Of a stretch of 64,000 nt of DNA, positions 59,392-64,000 are shown piece by piece. Position 1 is the stretch's first letter. Each line of letters opens with the position of its first letter. The stretch is from Alphaproteobacteria bacterium. GTDB taxonomy: Bacteria; Pseudomonadota; Alphaproteobacteria; UBA6615. The DNA lies in NCBI GenBank assembly GCA_002722515.1, contig PBMH01000036.1, forward strand, positions 3,226 to 67,225, in the 5' to 3' direction. The position numbers and the translations under genes are program-made. The notes below the pieces were generated by a model that ran no database searches, was not told the DNA's origin, and worked only from the letters and a program-made list of their open reading frames with translations.

Positions 59392-60507
59392 ATGCAATTC
59401 CAGAGTAAGACCATTTGGGCAGGCGCCGTTTCGGCCATCGCTCTTTTCGCAGCCAGTTCGGTCGCCCAGGCAGGCGGTCACCTCAACGCTACCGAGAAGG
59501 CGCTCATCGCCGGTGCGAAGGCCGAGGGTGCTGTCACTATTATTAACCCGCTGTTCAGTGATCGCACTGCGCAGCGCATGGGTGCAGCGTTTAAGAAGCG
59601 CTATGGCCTCGGCGACGGCTTCAAATTTGCTAGTCTGCGCAAGGGCACGGGCGCTACGGTGGCTCAGGTCCGTCAAGAGATCAAAGCGGGTAAGTTCACC
59701 GTCGATATGATCCTGGTGTCGGCGCCTGGCTTCTTTGATCAGGCCGCTAAGCGTGGCGCGTTCGCCAAGCTAGACTCGGGCTACTGGGGCGACTTCGCAA
59801 AGACCATGGCGAATGCCGGCCAGTATTCGAACTATCCGCATGTAGTGACGCCCCTGGCCTATACGTTTCAGCCGGTTTGGAATGCTTCCTGCCCGGGCAT
59901 GGAGAACTTTAACGTTACTTCCTATAAGGACGCCGTTAAGGCAGGCTTGAAGGGCAAAACGATATCCTCCGATATCACCAAATCCTTCACCTATTCCAAC
60001 ACCGTCGTGGCACTGGGGCAGGCGGGCGCTGTCAACTTTGACAATTTCTGGCCAGCACTGAAGAAGACTGATCCGATCGTCGAGTTCCGCACGGAGCCGA
60101 AGATGCAGATGGTCATCTCGTGCCAAAGGCCGTTCGATATGTGGAACCTGTCGGGCCGCGTGTATCAGAACGTGCTCAAGGCTCCGGCCCTAAAAGGTAA
60201 GATCAAGATAGGGTCCTTCTCTGAGGGGCAGGTGCTGCTGGGCAACCAGATGGCCGTCCTCAAAGGCGCACCGAACCCGAACGCCGGTAAGTTGCTGGCC
60301 GAGTTCCTGCTATCTAAAGAAGGTTCGGACATCTTCGTTGAGGGTGAAGCGATCTACTCGCTGCGTGATGGTTACACACCGCCAGCGGCTACCGCGCCTT
60401 ACCTCCTTGATCTGAGCAAGGCGAAGCTGATCGGTATGAAAGACTGGGTCGGCGCGCAGGGCGAGTTCAAGGCTGTGCGCGGCCTGTGGCAGGAGAACTT
60501 CCGCTAG
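59392..60507 (+). CDS. ABC transporter periplasmic substrate-binding protein (family-1, iron(III)/polyamine-type)
   Basis: Signal peptide 'MQFQSKTIWAGAVSAIALFAASSVAQA', about 370 aa, followed by permease and ATPase genes. Confidence 0.85.
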   Translation: MQFQSKTIWAGAVSAIALFAASSVAQAGGHLNATEKALIAGAKAEGAVTIINPLFSDRTAQRMGAAFKKRYGLGDGFKFASLRKGTGATVAQVRQEIKAGKFTVDMILVSAPGFFDQAAKRGAFAKLDSGYWGDFAKTMANAGQYSNYPHVVTPLAYTFQPVWNASCPGMENFNVTSYKDAVKAGLKGKTISSDITKSFTYSNTVVALGQAGAVNFDNFWPALKKTDPIVEFRTEPKMQMVISCQRPFDMWNLSGRVYQNVLKAPALKGKIKIGSFSEGQVLLGNQMAVLKGAPNPNAGKLLAEFLLSKEGSDIFVEGEAIYSLRDGYTPPAATAPYLLDLSKAKLIGMKDWVGAQGEFKAVRGLWQENFR

Positions 60508-60527
60508 GCTGAATAGCCCGACGGGGT

Positions 60528-60558
60528 CGCGAGGCCCGGGCTATGCCCGGGCCTCGCG
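60528..60558 (+). promoter_or_regulatory. intercistronic GC-rich hairpin (12 perfect bp plus 1 flanking GC pair)
   Basis: gcgaggcccggg-ctatg-cccgggcctcgc at 60529-60557, with c60528/g60558 also able to pair. No U-tract follows. Lies 21 nt after the binding-protein stop. Confidence 0.8.
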
Positions 60559-60649
60559 GTCACTCTCCATTAAGAAATCTTTCGTGGTTCTGTCACGTGA
60601 CCCATTTCGTTGCGTGTGACCCAATGTAAATTGATCCGATGGAAATGCG

Positions 60650-62401
60650 ATGACGACGGAAACCCTTTCGCCAACGCTGCAGCGTTCTCGTCTCAACAAC
60701 CGCCTGCGCGCCATGGTGACCCAGGAGAACATGATCACCGTGGTCGTGGCTTTGATTGTTGCGGGTGCGGTGATCGTGCCGTTGGCGGTACTGTTTGTAT
60801 CGAGCTTTAAGGTCCTAGATCCACTGGGCTGGGATACTGTTTGGGGCTTCGGAAATTATGTCGAGATGTTCACCGATCGGATTATTCCAAAGGCATTTCT
60901 CAACACACTGATTATTTCCTCCGGCGCCACCGTGCTGGCCACCTTTCTGGGCGTGACGCTAGCCTGGATCAATGCTCGAACCAATTGCCCGGGCCGGGAC
61001 TATCTCGAGCCCTACAACCTCATTCCGTTTTTTCTCTCGCCCTTCATCGGTGCGATCGCTTGGCACAATCTAGGAGAACCCCAGACCGGGCTGCTCAACA
61101 ACTGGGCGCGCGATATCCTTGGAATCGAGGGTGCTCTCATAAATGTTGACAATATCTGGGGCGTGATTTGGGTGACCGGTATTTTCTTCGCTCCGCTGGT
61201 CTATCTCTTTGTGGTCGGATCGCTTCGCCGTATGGATCCCTCGCTGGAGGACAGCGCGCGGACGACGGGCGCTGGTTTAGTTCGCACCACGATGACCGTT
61301 ACCCTGCCGCTGGTTATGCCGGGTATTCTGTCGGGCGCGATCATCGTCTTTGTGACGAGTGCTGGCGAGTTTGGTGTGCCGTTCAAGCTCTCCGCACCTT
61401 ACGGCTGGGAGACATTGACGACGCAGATCTTTTCCAAGGCCGTTGGCGACGACGCCAACCATTACCTTGGCGCCGCCATGAGTATGGCGCTTGGTATCAT
61501 CACCGTTTTGCTGATCTGGGTACAGCAGCGCTATATTGCGCCGCGCTCCTTCACCACGGTGACTGGCAAGGGCTTCCGTCCGAATGTACTCGACCTGGGT
61601 CCATGGAAATGGGTGGCCTTTGGCTATAACTTGATGTTCATCGCTGTGGCAGTGGTGTTGCCGATCGTTTGCTTGATCATCGTTAGCCTACACCCGGTGT
61701 GGACCGGAAAGATGGTCTGGGCCGACATCACAACGATTAACTATGTAAAGACGCTCTTCTGGTGGCGACCGGATGCGATTGCGGCGGCGACTAATGGAAT
61801 CATAAACTCTCTGATCCTAGCTTTTGGCGGTGCATCGATCGCGATGGTGATGGCCCTTGTTATTTCCTACATGATCCACCGCACAAAGGGCTTCGGTGTT
61901 CGGATGCTGGATTTTCTGTCGGTGGTACCGATCGGCTTCCCGGGCATCGTGCTCGCCATGGGTGTGCTGGTGACCTACATCCAGACGCCGATATACGCGA
62001 CCTTATGGATATTAATGTTGGCCTATATCACGCGCTTTTTCCCCTATGGGCAGCGCAATATATCTTCGATCATGTTGGCGATCTCCGAAGAGCTCGATCA
62101 ATCATCGCGGATGGCTGGTGCGTCCTGGTTCACGACACTTAGACGTATCACAATCCCGCTGCTCAAGCCGGGCCTGTTCGCGGGCTGGATCCTGCTCTTC
62201 ATCATCTTCCTGCGTGAGCTGTCGATCTCTATCATCCTGTTTACGACCGGAACAGAGACCCTTTCGGTCGGCGTCTACTACTTGACCAACTTCGAAAATG
62301 AGCCGCTGACGGCGGCTCTGTCGATGGCCCAGACCGTTCTGTTGCTGATTGCTATCTATGCCTTCCGCCGGTTCGCTGGGCGCGAAGCGTTGACGGCATA
62401 G
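60650..62401 (+). CDS. ABC transporter permease, fused two-domain (FbpB/PotBC-like)
   Basis: 583 aa with two tandem six-helix modules, each carrying an EAA-like loop ('LEDSARTTGAG...' and 'LDQSSRMAGAS...'). Confidence 0.88.
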   Translation: MTTETLSPTLQRSRLNNRLRAMVTQENMITVVVALIVAGAVIVPLAVLFVSSFKVLDPLGWDTVWGFGNYVEMFTDRIIPKAFLNTLIISSGATVLATFLGVTLAWINARTNCPGRDYLEPYNLIPFFLSPFIGAIAWHNLGEPQTGLLNNWARDILGIEGALINVDNIWGVIWVTGIFFAPLVYLFVVGSLRRMDPSLEDSARTTGAGLVRTTMTVTLPLVMPGILSGAIIVFVTSAGEFGVPFKLSAPYGWETLTTQIFSKAVGDDANHYLGAAMSMALGIITVLLIWVQQRYIAPRSFTTVTGKGFRPNVLDLGPWKWVAFGYNLMFIAVAVVLPIVCLIIVSLHPVWTGKMVWADITTINYVKTLFWWRPDAIAAATNGIINSLILAFGGASIAMVMALVISYMIHRTKGFGVRMLDFLSVVPIGFPGIVLAMGVLVTYIQTPIYATLWILMLAYITRFFPYGQRNISSIMLAISEELDQSSRMAGASWFTTLRRITIPLLKPGLFAGWILLFIIFLRELSISIILFTTGTETLSVGVYYLTNFENEPLTAALSMAQTVLLLIAIYAFRRFAGREALTA

Positions 62402-62417
62402 GCGGGTGGAGAGAGCA

Positions 62418-63521
62418 ATGACCAGCGAATATGAAGACGCTTATCTTGAGGTCGAGAACCTCGTTAAGTATTTCGGAGACGACAAAGCCGTCGACGGTAT
62501 CTCCTTTGGTATTCCGAAGGGTGCCTTCCTGACCCTGCTTGGCCCTTCGGGTTGCGGTAAGACCACGACTCTGATGAGCATTGCGGGGCTTCATTCAATC
62601 GACGGCGGTCGTATCCGGGTGGGTAAGACGGTGTTTACCTCTCCTAAAGAAGGTCTTTTTCTGCCGCCAGAGAAGCGTGACATTGGCATGGTCTTCCAAA
62701 GCTACGCCATATGGCCGCACATGACTGTAGCTCAGAATGTTGCCTATCCGCTTGAGATACGTGAATGGCAACGTTCGGATATCGATGATCGAGTGGCCGA
62801 GGTGCTCAAGCTTGTCGGGTTGACCGACTGGGCCGACAGTCTGGCAACCAACCTGTCAGGCGGCCAGCAGCAGCGCGCTTCTCTCGCCCGGGCGATCGTC
62901 TCAAATCCGAGTTTACTCTTGTTTGATGAGCCGTTATCCAATCTCGATCTAAAGCTGCGCGAGCATATGCGGGTCGAGCTCAAACGCATTCAGAACGAGG
63001 TGGGGATTACCTCTATCTATGTTACCCATGACCAGTCGGAAGCACTTGTCATGAGCGACGAGATCATCGTCATGAGCAAAGGGAAGATCGAGCAGCGCGG
63101 TGGACCGCTCGAGATCTATTCGAGCCCTGTTAATGAATATGTGTCGAATTTTATCGGTGTCGCGAACCTGATGCAGGCCAAGGTCGTCGAGGTCAGCGAG
63201 ACCGGAATTGGAAAGGTAGAGGTCTCTCAGGGTGGGCAAGCCGTAAAGTTGATGTGCAGGCTTGGTCCCGGGATCGAAGCTGGAAAGGACGCTGTCCTGT
63301 CGGTGCGACCCGAGAATGTTCATGCTGAACGCGAAGGCGGCGAGGGCATGCTTGCGGGTGAGTGTACCCATGCCATCTTCCTGGGCAGTTATGTTGACTG
63401 CCGCGTGAAATGGGGCGACTTCGAGTGGAAAGTCATTACCCATCCTCGCAACCATCCGCGTACGGGCGAGAAAGTGTATCTGCGCTTCGACGCCGAACAC
63501 ACTCTGGCGGTGCAGCCATGA
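62418..63521 (+). CDS. ABC transporter ATP-binding protein (PotA/FbpC-like)
   Basis: Walker A 'GPSGCGKTT', signature 'LSGGQQQR' and Walker B 'LLLFDEPLS', with a C-terminal TOBE-like domain. Confidence 0.92.
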   Translation: MTSEYEDAYLEVENLVKYFGDDKAVDGISFGIPKGAFLTLLGPSGCGKTTTLMSIAGLHSIDGGRIRVGKTVFTSPKEGLFLPPEKRDIGMVFQSYAIWPHMTVAQNVAYPLEIREWQRSDIDDRVAEVLKLVGLTDWADSLATNLSGGQQQRASLARAIVSNPSLLLFDEPLSNLDLKLREHMRVELKRIQNEVGITSIYVTHDQSEALVMSDEIIVMSKGKIEQRGGPLEIYSSPVNEYVSNFIGVANLMQAKVVEVSETGIGKVEVSQGGQAVKLMCRLGPGIEAGKDAVLSVRPENVHAEREGGEGMLAGECTHAIFLGSYVDCRVKWGDFEWKVITHPRNHPRTGEKVYLRFDAEHTLAVQP

Positions 63522-64000
63522 ATATGAAGTCCGACGTCAAGGTCTCAATTAAGCATCTCCATAAGCATTTTGGTGCCGAGACTGCCGTTAAAGATTTTAA
63601 TTTAGATATAACGCAGGGCGAGTTTGTGACTCTGCTTGGTCCGTCGGGCTGCGGCAAGACTACGACCCTGCGCTGTGTCGCTGGTTTGGAGCGACCGGAG
63701 GAAGGCGAGATACAGATTGGTAACGAGACCGTCGTCGCTCCGGCCAAGGACATATACCTGTTCCCCGAGCACCGAAACATTGGCATGGTCTTTCAAAGTT
63801 ATGCGGTTTGGCCACATATGACCGTTTTCGACAATGTAGCTTACGGTCTTCGGGTGCGGCGTACATCAAGCAAGGAGATTAAGACTAGGACCATGCGGGC
63901 GCTCGAACTCGTGGGGCTGGACCATCTGGCCGAACGGTTCGCAACCAAGCTGTCGGGTGGCCAGCGTCAACGGGTTGCGCTTGCCCGTGCCATCGTCTAC
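63518..64000 (+). CDS. second ABC transporter ATP-binding protein (5' part; runs off the window)
   Basis: My translation gives 'MNMKSDVKVSIKHL...GPSGCGKTTTLRCVAGLE...LSGGQRQRVALARAIV'. The ATG overlaps the upstream TGA (ATGA). Absent from the ORF track because no stop falls inside the window. Confidence 0.9.
   Translation, partial: MNMKSDVKVSIKHLHKHFGAETAVKDFNLDITQGEFVTLLGPSGCGKTTTLRCVAGLERPEEGEIQIGNETVVAPAKDIYLFPEHRNIGMVFQSYAVWPHMTVFDNVAYGLRVRRTSSKEIKTRTMRALELVGLDHLAERFATKLSGGQRQRVALARAIVY

Noticed and set aside
1-64000. CRISPR arrays, rRNA genes, toxin-antitoxin pairs and defence-system hallmarks
   Set aside because: I noticed no regularly spaced repeats, no rRNA-like conserved blocks, and no nuclease, helicase or methylase clusters. 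The only methyltransferases present look like small-molecule, protein or glycan enzymes.

Overview
The window looks like a high-GC chromosomal segment from an alphaproteobacterium, possibly Rhodospirillales-like. That placement is inferred from gene content and synteny; no search was run. About 46 kb is conserved housekeeping sequence. It includes cobS/cobT-like genes with a J-domain protein and bolA, aroK-aroB, xerD-accA, secA, argJ-mutT, and grxC-DUF1178-ubiG-lysC. It also includes rodZ-like-ispG-hisS, a hemA-like-prfA-prmC operon followed by a separate DUF4167 gene, clpB, an M23 peptidase and a MATE exporter. Three parts stand out. (1) 40.0-45.4 kb holds a gamma-glutamyltransferase, a DUF1611 protein, an enolase-superfamily 'dipeptide epimerase' and an N-formylglutamate-amidohydrolase-family enzyme. 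I read these as a candidate D-glutamate/gamma-glutamyl-peptide salvage module. They are split by a 515-bp AT-rich spacer that contains a clean intrinsic terminator and an anti-Shine-Dalgarno-like CCUCCC motif, which suggests an sRNA. (2) An ~11-kb surface-glycan locus starts directly after a tRNA-Val(GAC) at 46.2-57.3 kb. It encodes a GT-C-like membrane protein, two GT-B glycosyltransferases, wecB, wzx, a wzy/O-antigen-ligase-like protein, a methyltransferase, a FemAB/CelD-like acyltransferase and a deacetylase-like protein. I saw no integrase and no direct repeat. (3) An ABC importer operon at 59.4-64.0 kb has an unusual leader (a perfect 15-bp tandem repeat plus an A13 tract) and a 12-13-bp perfect hairpin between the binding-protein and permease genes. 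I found no CRISPR array, prophage, transposase or rRNA, and no clearly new multi-gene system. The strongest leads are hypotheses that need database searches and experiments. All homology calls come from motif recognition in the supplied translations.
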